Positions 27,900 through 37,328 of a stretch of 64,000 nucleotides of DNA are shown here, one piece after another. The stretch is from IMG/VR virus record IMGVR_UViG_3300045135_000745, positions 15,885 to 79,884 of that record. One strand, given 5' to 3'. Position 1 is the stretch's first letter. Each line of letters begins with the position of its first letter. Under the pieces are notes generated by a model, which made no database searches, had not been told where the DNA came from, and saw only the letters and a list, made by a program, of their open reading frames with translations. The position numbers and the translations under genes are program-made. The DNA comes from a virus.

Positions 27900-28538
27900 T
27901 TATTCCCTTGCAGAGATATAGATCTTAAATAATTCCCATAAAGATTTTGATTTTCTAACTGATAACTTAAGCTGTTTATCTTTAGATTTACCGATAATAG
28001 GATCTTCAAGAATAGCAATCTTAGCATTAAATACAAAATCATCATCTCGATCTTTGGAATCTATAATTGATAAAAGATCTTTAGCATTAATCTCAGAGGA
28101 TTTTGGACCGGCTGTAACGAATTTATCCTGAAGCTTTTTTCTAAGTTCAGAAAATTCTTCTTGAACTTCTTCAAACTTTTTCAGTTTTTCTTGCTCTGCA
28201 TATTGGTCTAAGTCACGATATCTTTTTTCTGCATAAGAATCGATATCTTCGTAGGCTTTTTGAATTTTAGATTGTTCAGCGGCCCAACGACGATCGATTT
28301 CATCATTAATCATTTTTTCAAATACATCAGACTCAACCTTTAAAGCTGCTTGAGTATTTTTCTCAATCTCTTCTAAGGTTAATTCCTGTAATAGATCGTT
28401 AAAATCGTTTGATGTGAAATCGACTTCTAAAATATAAGGAATTACTTTATCTTCTTCCTGATAAAGTAATTCAATAATCATATTATTCGGTAGATCTATA
28501 AATTTTGCGGAAATAATTCTTTCGCTAAAAATAGCCAT
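27900..28538 (-). CDS. Hypothetical coiled-coil protein heading the modification operon
   Basis: 212-aa ORF, E/K-rich central helix, 2 nt from the next gene. Confidence 0.7.
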   Translation of the reverse strand: MAIFSERIISAKFIDLPNNMIIELLYQEEDKVIPYILEVDFTSNDFNDLLQELTLEEIEKNTQAALKVESDVFEKMINDEIDRRWAAEQSKIQKAYEDIDSYAEKRYRDLDQYAEQEKLKKFEEVQEEFSELRKKLQDKFVTAGPKSSEINAKDLLSIIDSKDRDDDFVFNAKIAILEDPIIGKSKDKQLKLSVRKSKSLWELFKIYISARE

Positions 28539-28558
28539 AATAAATTCACGTCCTTATA

Positions 28559-29488
28559 TTAAACTTGTGTAACTCTCAAATAGTATGTAGAGATTGTAGT
28601 TGCAGTACCGCTGGGAACTTCTTGCGTGCGGTAATCATCCGTATTTACAAATCTAGTAAGATAGGTAGAACTATTTAGTTTAGTATCGGTCATAGCTGTA
28701 CCGCGGTTATTACCTGTACCATTTATATTATATGAAATTTTAGTACCAGTAATTTCTGCAGCATAATAACGCATCATACTTTGTAATGCTGTTTCAAACG
28801 TTGCCGAAGGGGTTTGATAAAGATTTGTACCAGATTTGGTATAACAAATAGGAAGCTGATGTCCTGCAGCGGCGGCAGAATTAACTCTATGTAAATAATA
28901 GTTTGTAATAGTAGTTGGCTGATCTTGAGTTTCCGGAATACCGGAAGCTGTATATGCCGCAGCATTTGCTCGAGTATCGGTAAACACCGGCGTTGCTGAT
29001 ACTAATGTAGCTCCAGCAACTGAAGAGGATGTTGAAATAAAATATGTGCCGGCTTGCGCTGTTCCTGTTGACCCTGTTGTAAGACTATCGATTGCTGGAT
29101 AAATGAATGTGTCTGCAAAATCTGTTGCAGTCATTTCCCTTAAATCACCAGCATCATAGTATAATGGGTAGGAATAAGATGCGTCAGTCCACGATACTTC
29201 AGATGTATCATATGTTTGATTCATTTTAGAATAATTAACGGTTACAGTAGATACATCAGGGGTTTCAGCTGGTGTATCATAATCAACTGGATCAGTCGTG
29301 CCTGCCCCAGCTTGTAAACGAGTATCGGATATTGTCCCTAAAGAACCACCAGAAGCTACAACCGATAATGTTACAGATGGATTTAAACCGTAAAGTCTGA
29401 TTGCCTCGGTTTGGATTGCAGTGATTTCTCCAGCTGACATTTCTTTTAAATTGCTGCCGTCAAGTTTTAAAGGAGTTCTAACCGCCAT
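28559..29488 (-). CDS. Virion structural protein (309 aa)
   Basis: T/S/A/G-rich, repeated L.EM(S/T) and DTR motifs; located among fibre genes. Confidence 0.65.
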   Translation of the reverse strand: MAVRTPLKLDGSNLKEMSAGEITAIQTEAIRLYGLNPSVTLSVVASGGSLGTISDTRLQAGAGTTDPVDYDTPAETPDVSTVTVNYSKMNQTYDTSEVSWTDASYSYPLYYDAGDLREMTATDFADTFIYPAIDSLTTGSTGTAQAGTYFISTSSSVAGATLVSATPVFTDTRANAAAYTASGIPETQDQPTTITNYYLHRVNSAAAAGHQLPICYTKSGTNLYQTPSATFETALQSMMRYYAAEITGTKISYNINGTGNNRGTAMTDTKLNSSTYLTRFVNTDDYRTQEVPSGTATTISTYYLRVTQV

Positions 29489-29490
29489 AA

Positions 29491-30108
29491 TTAACTTCCT
29501 GCACCGTACAATGTTTTAAGAGCTGTTCCGCTACTGTTATATATTACTAGCGCTACCTCGTCTTTTAAGTTTGCGCGTGCAACGCCATCATTAGCAATTG
29601 ATACCGCACCACCTGAAACTGTAAAATTAGTAGAGCTAAAGCTAGCAATACCTTTATTCGCAGTTGTTGCATCTTCTCCAGATATTACACCCGATGTAAT
29701 ATCTATACCTTCACCGGCACTAAAGTGTGCTCTTACCTCAGAAGCGCTTGGACCAGTATATGTAATTATCCCAGTTGCTGAACTATATGATAATGATCCA
29801 TCACCTCCAGCATCTGTTACACTGATATGTGCTCTTACCTCAGAAGCGCTTGGACCAGTATATGTAATTATCCCAGTTGCTGAACTATATGATAATGATC
29901 CATCACCTCCAGCATCTGTTACTGAGATTTTACTTCTAACATCCAAATCGGAATCGATTAATGCATATACAGAATTAATAGCGCCCACAATATCAGAATC
30001 TACTGTGGTATTTAATGCTGTTAAATCTCCAACCTCTAATGATAGTTGATTAAACTTATTAACCATTTCATTAAAGTTATCGGAGATATTAAGATGTTGT
30101 TTCGCCAT
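29491..30108 (-). CDS. Fibre / fibritin-like virion protein
   Basis: N-terminal DNFNEMVNKFN...VGDLTALNT...DIVGAINS coiled anchor, then fibre repeats. Confidence 0.7.
   Translation of the reverse strand: MAKQHLNISDNFNEMVNKFNQLSLEVGDLTALNTTVDSDIVGAINSVYALIDSDLDVRSKISVTDAGGDGSLSYSSATGIITYTGPSASEVRAHISVTDAGGDGSLSYSSATGIITYTGPSASEVRAHFSAGEGIDITSGVISGEDATTANKGIASFSSTNFTVSGGAVSIANDGVARANLKDEVALVIYNSSGTALKTLYGAGS
29726..29922 (-). repeat. Perfect 95-nt direct repeat, period 102 nt (34 aa)
   Basis: 29726-29820 is identical to 29828-29922; encodes VTDAGGDGSLSYSSATGIITYTGPSASEVRAH twice. Confidence 0.95.
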
Positions 30109-30311
30109 TATAGTTTCTCTATGATCTGGGTTAGCATGGATTTGATATCATTAACATCTTGTTTCAACTGTTCAATTTCCTGCTTCTGCCTGTTACGATT
30201 CTCTTTTGCTTTCCTAGCCATATTAATTTCAGAGGTATTTATATTAATAATTGCACCGGTTTTCGGATCTCTTCCAAATCCCGGCGCGTTATCAGCTTTT
30301 AGTATTTTCAT
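30108..30311 (-). CDS. Small conserved hypothetical protein (67 aa)
   Basis: RDPKTGAIININ...LKQDVNDIKSML family that follows VrlC-like genes in T4-like phages. Confidence 0.75.
   Translation of the reverse strand: MKILKADNAPGFGRDPKTGAIININTSEINMARKAKENRNRQKQEIEQLKQDVNDIKSMLTQIIEKL
30236..30243 (-). promoter_or_regulatory. Candidate internal late promoter for fibre genes plus the modification operon
   Basis: TATAAATA on the minus strand inside the 67-aa gene. Confidence 0.45.
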
Positions 30312-33300
30312 TATACTGCCAATGCGATTGTTCTAATATCCTTAAACACTGGCACCTTCGCTTGATTTTCTGAAACCATAACAATTTTTATTTGTAATTG
30401 ATTGAAAGCATCCAGTGTACCAGTATTACCTCCAATCAGATATTCATATTCTCTGAATACTTCCGGATTTTCATCACTGATTAGTCCTGACGTAGAAGTA
30501 ATTGCTGTCCATGAAAGGTCGGAGATATTATCATCACCGGAAGCTACTCTATAATACACGTCGAATGAAGCTGCATTAGGCTTATTAGCAGTAATGAATA
30601 ACTTCATACCAACAGCATCTTGCGCTAGAGTAATAACTTTACTTATATGCTTAGCAACTGATGAACCACCCTTCGGATCTGTTTCTGCTACGTAGTTAAT
30701 TGGTACGTTAAATCCTGCAGCAGGTGAAGCTGCCGGCTTATCAATAATATTATTAATAGCAAGAACCGAAGCTCTTTGCATATCAATAACTGGTGAAACT
30801 TTTTTATCTGTTGTCTGAAGACCTATTTTCAGATTAAAGCTTTTTGCGCCGCTGAGATATGTAGTTTCATTATTACCATTTGCGATCATCTGAGGAGCAT
30901 CGAATGCAATATTTTTACCAATAGTCATAGGCGTATAAGTTGAAGCTTGCTGATAAGCAGTTTCTGTACCAGCAATCGATTGTGCCGTAGTGGTTTTAAT
31001 CGATGCAGTAATAGATGTTTCAGTAGGTCTTAAAGTTGCAAGACTGATATTAGCAATATCCATCAAAATGTTTTGGTCTGCTAAGATAGCTGATCCGCCA
31101 CCAATTTCTGCAGAAGTAGCATCAGAATCTGCTTCAAATTGATAACCAGTTGCATCTACTACTGTAATAGTTCTAGCGCCATTAATGGAAGAAGCACTAA
31201 TGCCAGCCATGTCTGTTGCGCCTGAGATATTAACCGTATCGCCAACTGCAAATCCATGATTAGGTTGATACACCGAGATTGTTGCATCAGCAGAATCAAC
31301 TGATAATGGATCTTCAGTTAATAGTTTCTGTGGAACAGAAGCGTTGTTAAGAACAACCTCACCGTAACTGGTATTGAATGCTGCAGTGTAGATATGTATT
31401 TTCATATCTTCCCACTGAGTAGCTGTCCAAGTTGAGTTATTCTGAGATTTAAACAAGGAGCCTAAGAATGGCTGCTTAACAACTTTCTTATCTGTTGTAC
31501 CTAATACATAATCACCAACTTTAGAAATAAAGACTCTATACGTCGGAACAGAAGAAATAAGAACGAAGCAGTATTCCTTATTAGGATTCAAATAAACCGG
31601 TTCTTCGAATTCGAATGTAGTTGCTACGCTCGCATCATCCGATACTGTAATTTCAGATGGGAATTTAAATACTGTTGAACCTCCGATAACCTCAGAAGTC
31701 GGATACCCGTTTTCAATAGCACGAATTTGACCCCAAACTGGAGCAGTGCCAGTATCTTTTTCTGCAAAATACACATCAACTTTTGTAGCAAATACGCCAT
31801 TAGTATTAGAAATAAAGAATGATTGTGCTAATGGATCCGATCTATTGTGGGCCAGTAATCCATTCGCAAAATATGTATTGTTACCATCTAAGATAAAGTT
31901 ATAGACTGTCTGTTCTGGCTCATCAGAGAATACCTCTAATGATTCAACCAGCATCCAAGAACCGTCTTCCATAAGGATTTCATCACCAACCTGAAGATCT
32001 TTAACATCTAAGAAACCCATTTCAGGGAACTGATACGCAAAAGTTTCAGCAGAGTATGATCTCCAGCCATTCTTGGTAAAGAGCGGGTGTTCGGGGGTCA
32101 TGAATGGACCATTACCATTAATACCAATGAAATCTCTTCCATCTAATGCTGGATGGTCAAATTCAAGAACAGTATTGATAGCGCCATCTTGACCCAGAAG
32201 TTTTTCACCGATCTCAACATCTTCAATCTTTTTCTTAGTGCCATCAGCCATAGTGATAAGAGTCCCGGCAATAAAGCAAGAACGTTCAATAGGAGGCGCT
32301 GGCGGTCTTGGTGGTGGCGGGGGCGGAGTAACCACTGGCGGCGGTGGCGGATTAGTTGTAGTTCCAATAACCCTACTAGACGAACTACTAGTAGTTCTTT
32401 GGCTACTAACAACCTCCAATACTCTAGTGCTTAAAACATCTCTTTGTCTTGTCTGTAGCGTACCAGCAGCAGTAAAAACTTGTCTTCCATAGGAGGTAGA
32501 AAATTCGATATTATTAAGATCAGTTATGTCAATTAGTTCAAAGTCTCTGCTACCAGTTCTAAATCTAAAGTTAGCTGTCGACGGAATAAAGAATGAACCT
32601 TCTATATTGCCATTAGCATCAGCAATTAAAGATGAAGAACCTTCTGGATGGCCAAGTGCAGTATTTTCAGTATTACCGAATGTAGTCGTATCATCAGAAG
32701 CACGAGTAAAGGTTTCTGCCCTACACCAATCTGATACATCAATACCGTCAAAGAATGGGAATACTTCAGTATCAGGTCTAAACCCTTGGCCTCTGAAATA
32801 TACTTTTCTCGATCTCATGAATGGGATAGAAACTCCTTGGACTAATCTATCACCGACGATCTCTGTGATAGTAGTTTCACCTACAATTCTATTATTACCG
32901 GTGGTGGTAGAAGACCATGAGTTTCGAATAGTTTCTGTACCACCAGTACCGAAATCTCCAGCAGTATTATTAACAGAAGTGCTAGAACCACCGCTAGAAC
33001 TTAATGTGATGGTGTTTGTAACCGACCCAACTTGCAATTGATCTAGCGGAGTACCTCCCCAATTCCACTGATGGGCATTCCAAAGGTTTGCCCCGGAAGT
33101 ATCTAATTGAGTTTGATTTACAATCGCATCTGGTTGATACTCTTGTTCAATCCAGTTATCGCTCGCTGGTGAAAGTGCAATATTACCGTCGAATCTAATA
33201 GTCCAATATGGAAGAACATTTTCTGTGCCACTGGCCTGCGATTGATTGATATATGACTCGTGGGCATATTTAAGGTAAATATTATCACCCTTTTTAATCA

Positions 33301-35956
33301 CGCCAGAGTTCTCGCTATTATCAGAATCATAAAGAAGATCTATAGCATCTGTATTACCACGCGGACGCATAGCTTTATTTTCTGGATCGATTGCAGCAGC
33401 GTAATCTAGATCATCTGTTGCAGAAAAGAAGTGATTAGAAAAGTTATCTACGAAAAATCCAGATTTGGTTCGATTATTACCATCAGAATCCAATACCGCT
33501 AAATTAGCCGTATCAAGCTCGAGCAAACTTAATGAGGTGACTTCTTCTAAAGAATTAAGTCTTTTTTCTAACAAACCGATATCAGCCATAGTATAATGCT
33601 TATGTTCGATTTGTTTCGAAACTAGATCTTTATTATCTAGTACATAAGGATTAAACTGAATTCTATATAATTCAAGCGAGTTATCTGGATGCGGAACGAA
33701 TTCAGGCGTTAAAGATTCATCGCCATTTATAACAAAAAGATTTGCTTTAGTATCAATTACTAGCTTAGAATACACCTTATTATAATAAGAAATATCAGCC
33801 TGAATAGCATCATTTGGCTGAGGAAGCTCGTGAACGATAGCTCCTGATCCGAAAGTACCAGAAGAATTTACTACCGGTCTAAAGTCAAGTACGTTTCTAA
33901 GAGGGATTGTAGATCCTACGGCATTAATATGGGATGGGATATCAGTATAATCTACTTGACCGGTATATGAGTTAACTGAGAAGAAATCACCAGAAACCCC
34001 ATGTGAGAAATAATCGTATTTAACAACAACATCGTAGGTTGGAACAGATTGGCCTGACTTAAGAACAAGACGACCTAAACCATAATAGTTATCTCTCTGT
34101 CCATTATCGAGAATAAATCTAGATCTCACACTATTACCGCTGACGCTATCTCTTGTTACCGATGTAAATGAATATACGTCTGGCTTAGATAAATTAGCGA
34201 AGATTGTGCCATTACCATCAGAATCCCAATCACCTGTACCGATAGTGTCTGTCTGGTCTTCATTTAAGGTTTTAGAACGGATTGAACCATTAGCTTTATT
34301 GACGTATGCCATAACTTCAATACTAGAAGCACCGCCAAGTCCTGAAATAGTAGCGTTTGTAGTACCAACGCCAGTAATAGTAGCACCAGTTACTACCGCA
34401 CCACTATCGGCAGAAATAACCCAGTCGTTTGTATTTGCAAACGTTTCGCCGGATGCTGAAAGGGTTAATGTTGCACTACCTGCAGTAACTGACGCCGTGA
34501 ATCGTCTTTGCGTTGAAAGAGAGATATCAGTCATATTAGACGGACGAATTCTAGGAAGTGCGAATAATAACGAATTAGTTTTAGGATCCTTTAGAACCGC
34601 TTGACCTAATTCTAAAACCAAGTTCATAAAGTCTGTACCGCTTGTGCCGATACTTCTTACGCTTCTAAAGTTCTGCCCAGAGTTCATAGAAATTTGAAAC
34701 AGGTGAAGTCTATGGTAACCTGAGTTATCTTCATCAACTGCTCTAACACGAGCCGTACCAATAGTACTTCCCCCATAATCTACAGCATTACGAAGATTGA
34801 CGGTTGAGAAGTCATTAATATTCGGAAGGCCTTCACTGGTTGAACCATCTACAAGAACATAGTTACCTAAAGTAAATGCAGCTACTTCGTTATTAACTGT
34901 TGTGGTGGTTCTAGGTTTATCAACAGTAATAGTTCTAGAACTATGGGTTTCTACTCTATAACCATCAATATAAGCTAAACCTGGTTGTACGGAAATATCA
35001 ATTTTGCTAGTATCATCGGTATTGTCAGAGAAGTTTAATTTAAAGGGTTTTACAATATAATCACCAGACTCTTCAGAAGTTCTGGTTGCCAGCATTTCTG
35101 CGATTATATTATAGTTTTCTTCTTGGGCCGGTTTTTTAACCTCTAAAATATCATCACCATTAAGTACCCCAACGAAAACAAAATTATCCGCTGAGTCTAT
35201 CGTGGAATCTAAAGTCAATGTTAAATTGATTTTAAATCTATCAGCGCCGGGAGAAGAGGTGTTAGGTAATGGACCTGAGTTATCGTATAATGTGTTATCG
35301 TCGTTTGCGGTAACAATAGATTCGGTTACTTTAAATCCAAAATTATCTGTATTAGTATCTGAGTTTTCGTATTTCTTAGCAAGGATAGTTTGTTTTGGGG
35401 AAAATACGAATCTACCATCTACGTAGTATACCCCTTCATTATTGGTAAGGAATACGCCTTCCCCTAAAGCTGGGTTTGCTGTAGTATTGGTAGTCTGTAC
35501 TGTTAAAGTAACAGCACCATTTGTAATATTTTCACCTGGAGTAAATCTTAAATTAGATCCATTTGCGTTAATATATCTTACGTAAATTGTTCCAGGGTCA
35601 GATGCTGTGGCTTCCTCAACGTGAGTAACAACAGCGGTCACGCCACTTGTAGAACCGGTAAACGTGGTATTTAAAATAGTAGATGTATCAGCCGGGAGAG
35701 CATTAATTGTCTGATTTAATTTTGCAAATTGGGAACCTGATGCAATAAATCCACCAGACTGAACAATAGCACCTTCTTTAAAGATGTTATCCCCGAACCG
35801 AGTAATCTCTTTTTGAATAATAGTTTGTAGCTGTGTAAGCTCTCGTGCTTGAACCGCTCTACCATTATTAAATAAGATTCTATGAAACCCAGCACTGTCA
35901 GAGAAATCATCTCTGTATGTTTCTAGGAAAGTATTCTGAATTACTTGATCTACCAT
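30311..35956 (-). CDS. Large VrlC/DUF4815-like virion structural protein with internal Hint domain
   Basis: YRDDF...HRILF..GRAVQARELTQLQ, PGADRFKI, RTSEESGDYIV, YTMADIG.LEKR, KSGFFVDNF, DPLAQSF, GSLFKSQN.STW. Confidence 0.88.
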   Translation of the reverse strand: MVDQVIQNTFLETYRDDFSDSAGFHRILFNNGRAVQARELTQLQTIIQKEITRFGDNIFKEGAIVQSGGFIASGSQFAKLNQTINALPADTSTILNTTFTGSTSGVTAVVTHVEEATASDPGTIYVRYINANGSNLRFTPGENITNGAVTLTVQTTNTTANPALGEGVFLTNNEGVYYVDGRFVFSPKQTILAKKYENSDTNTDNFGFKVTESIVTANDDNTLYDNSGPLPNTSSPGADRFKINLTLTLDSTIDSADNFVFVGVLNGDDILEVKKPAQEENYNIIAEMLATRTSEESGDYIVKPFKLNFSDNTDDTSKIDISVQPGLAYIDGYRVETHSSRTITVDKPRTTTTVNNEVAAFTLGNYVLVDGSTSEGLPNINDFSTVNLRNAVDYGGSTIGTARVRAVDEDNSGYHRLHLFQISMNSGQNFRSVRSIGTSGTDFMNLVLELGQAVLKDPKTNSLLFALPRIRPSNMTDISLSTQRRFTASVTAGSATLTLSASGETFANTNDWVISADSGAVVTGATITGVGTTNATISGLGGASSIEVMAYVNKANGSIRSKTLNEDQTDTIGTGDWDSDGNGTIFANLSKPDVYSFTSVTRDSVSGNSVRSRFILDNGQRDNYYGLGRLVLKSGQSVPTYDVVVKYDYFSHGVSGDFFSVNSYTGQVDYTDIPSHINAVGSTIPLRNVLDFRPVVNSSGTFGSGAIVHELPQPNDAIQADISYYNKVYSKLVIDTKANLFVINGDESLTPEFVPHPDNSLELYRIQFNPYVLDNKDLVSKQIEHKHYTMADIGLLEKRLNSLEEVTSLSLLELDTANLAVLDSDGNNRTKSGFFVDNFSNHFFSATDDLDYAAAIDPENKAMRPRGNTDAIDLLYDSDNSENSGVIKKGDNIYLKYAHESYINQSQASGTENVLPYWTIRFDGNIALSPASDNWIEQEYQPDAIVNQTQLDTSGANLWNAHQWNWGGTPLDQLQVGSVTNTITLSSSGGSSTSVNNTAGDFGTGGTETIRNSWSSTTTGNNRIVGETTITEIVGDRLVQGVSIPFMRSRKVYFRGQGFRPDTEVFPFFDGIDVSDWCRAETFTRASDDTTTFGNTENTALGHPEGSSSLIADANGNIEGSFFIPSTANFRFRTGSRDFELIDITDLNNIEFSTSYGRQVFTAAGTLQTRQRDVLSTRVLEVVSSQRTTSSSSSRVIGTTTNPPPPPVVTPPPPPPRPPAPPIERSCFIAGTLITMADGTKKKIEDVEIGEKLLGQDGAINTVLEFDHPALDGRDFIGINGNGPFMTPEHPLFTKNGWRSYSAETFAYQFPEMGFLDVKDLQVGDEILMEDGSWMLVESLEVFSDEPEQTVYNFILDGNNTYFANGLLAHNRSDPLAQSFFISNTNGVFATKVDVYFAEKDTGTAPVWGQIRAIENGYPTSEVIGGSTVFKFPSEITVSDDASVATTFEFEEPVYLNPNKEYCFVLISSVPTYRVFISKVGDYVLGTTDKKVVKQPFLGSLFKSQNNSTWTATQWEDMKIHIYTAAFNTSYGEVVLNNASVPQKLLTEDPLSVDSADATISVYQPNHGFAVGDTVNISGATDMAGISASSINGARTITVVDATGYQFEADSDATSAEIGGGSAILADQNILMDIANISLATLRPTETSITASIKTTTAQSIAGTETAYQQASTYTPMTIGKNIAFDAPQMIANGNNETTYLSGAKSFNLKIGLQTTDKKVSPVIDMQRASVLAINNIIDKPAASPAAGFNVPINYVAETDPKGGSSVAKHISKVITLAQDAVGMKLFITANKPNAASFDVYYRVASGDDNISDLSWTAITSTSGLISDENPEVFREYEYLIGGNTGTLDAFNQLQIKIVMVSENQAKVPVFKDIRTIALAV
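31844..32278 (-). other. Hint (intein-like) domain, 145 aa, no homing endonuclease
   Basis: CFIAGTLITMADG...IEDVEIGE, block B TPEHP, VYNF...NNTYFANGLLAHN; next residue is Arg. Confidence 0.92.
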
Positions 35957-35972
35957 TCGTTAATCCGTTTTC

Positions 35973-37316
35973 TTATAATTGTATGATAACTTTCAGATCT
36001 TCAGTTTGTGCTGATGATCTTTCAATTGCGGCTCTGTTATCGATGTAAAATATTTCACCTTTGAACTTATTTATATCACCAGAATTGGCTGTAGTTCCGA
36101 TAACACCCGAACCAGAGCCATTAGTTTCTGAAACTGCTTCACCAGCTTGGAACGCTGTGAATCCGGTATCAACTGTTTGGTGATAATAAATGGTATCCGA
36201 ATCAAATTTATCCACATAAGCTAATGCACCGGATGTACCACCTTCAATAATTTTATCAGCGGTAAATCCAGTAGCTACAGAAGAAAGAACCATATAATTT
36301 AGAGCTGAACCGGTTTCGGTTGTAAGCTTGGCATCAGCTGAGTCCAGAGGATTACGAATAATACCAACTTGTCTAAAGTCTTGACCGATAATAAAGTCTT
36401 CATTTTCTGCACCGGATGGCTTAGAGTTAAACATAATTGCTGTTGACTTAAGATCTAAAATAGGATTAGCGCCAAAGCCGGAAGGAGTAGAAAGATTTAC
36501 TCTTGCCGCCGCGCCTGTGCCACCACCGCCAGTGAATACCACATTTGCTTGATTGTAATCATGACCTGGTCGATATAGTAAACTAGCAGCAGAATCTTTC
36601 ATTTCTACCTTAACAACTGCACCGCCGCTAATAGTGGCAATTGCTTGAGCGCTGTCGCCGTCACCGACAATAGAAACAGATGGGGTAGAAGTATAACCTG
36701 TACCACCAGAAGTTACTGTAATATTTGCGATTGTTCCAAATACTGCTGCATTCTGGATACCGTATTGTTCTTGATCAACAGCAGGATCAGTTGGTCCAGC
36801 CGAATCAACTAAACGTACCGGCATATAGTTTGCTGAAAGGTAATTATTTGCAAGTGAAGCACCGACTGTATAAAGAAATTTCCAAACATAACCATCGGCA
36901 GTTTTAAATGGAGTGGTAAGAACACCAGATGGCTTAACTGTAGACTGTACGGCTGCACCGGTAGAATTCTTACCTTGTTCCAGACAAATATAAACTTGGT
37001 TTTCATCCGTAATAACATAATAGGCATTAGTAGGATAAGCCACTTGATTGTTATTCCATCCACTATAAATTGTACCAGAAGTCCAGTTATATCTTGGTAC
37101 CACGTATGAAACATCTTCAGCTCTTTTTACAGATTGTAAATTTAATCTAAAGTTTCTTTCTTCAAGAGCACTATTAACAGGATTTGGCGCGGCATCCGCT
37201 GAATCCCATTGTTGAGATCTACCGATACCAATATAATAATGTTGAGCAGAATCTGCAACATCATTTAGGATTTCTTGAATAAATCTTCTTTTGAAGCTAT
37301 CTGTGATAATTGCCAT
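35973..37316 (-). CDS. gp8: Baseplate wedge subunit
   Basis: AIITDSFK, YIGIGRSQ.W, VVPRYNWTSG, DGYVWKFLY, DFRQVGII.NP, GEIFYIDNR...EDLKVIIQL. Confidence 0.93.
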   Translation of the reverse strand: MAIITDSFKRRFIQEILNDVADSAQHYYIGIGRSQQWDSADAAPNPVNSALEERNFRLNLQSVKRAEDVSYVVPRYNWTSGTIYSGWNNNQVAYPTNAYYVITDENQVYICLEQGKNSTGAAVQSTVKPSGVLTTPFKTADGYVWKFLYTVGASLANNYLSANYMPVRLVDSAGPTDPAVDQEQYGIQNAAVFGTIANITVTSGGTGYTSTPSVSIVGDGDSAQAIATISGGAVVKVEMKDSAASLLYRPGHDYNQANVVFTGGGGTGAAARVNLSTPSGFGANPILDLKSTAIMFNSKPSGAENEDFIIGQDFRQVGIIRNPLDSADAKLTTETGSALNYMVLSSVATGFTADKIIEGGTSGALAYVDKFDSDTIYYHQTVDTGFTAFQAGEAVSETNGSGSGVIGTTANSGDINKFKGEIFYIDNRAAIERSSAQTEDLKVIIQL

Positions 37317-37328
37317 ATTTTTATCCTA

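Noticed and set aside
31844-32278. Canonical mobile intein
   Set aside because: No endonuclease domain, and the +1 residue is Arg; reported as an intein-like Hint domain instead.
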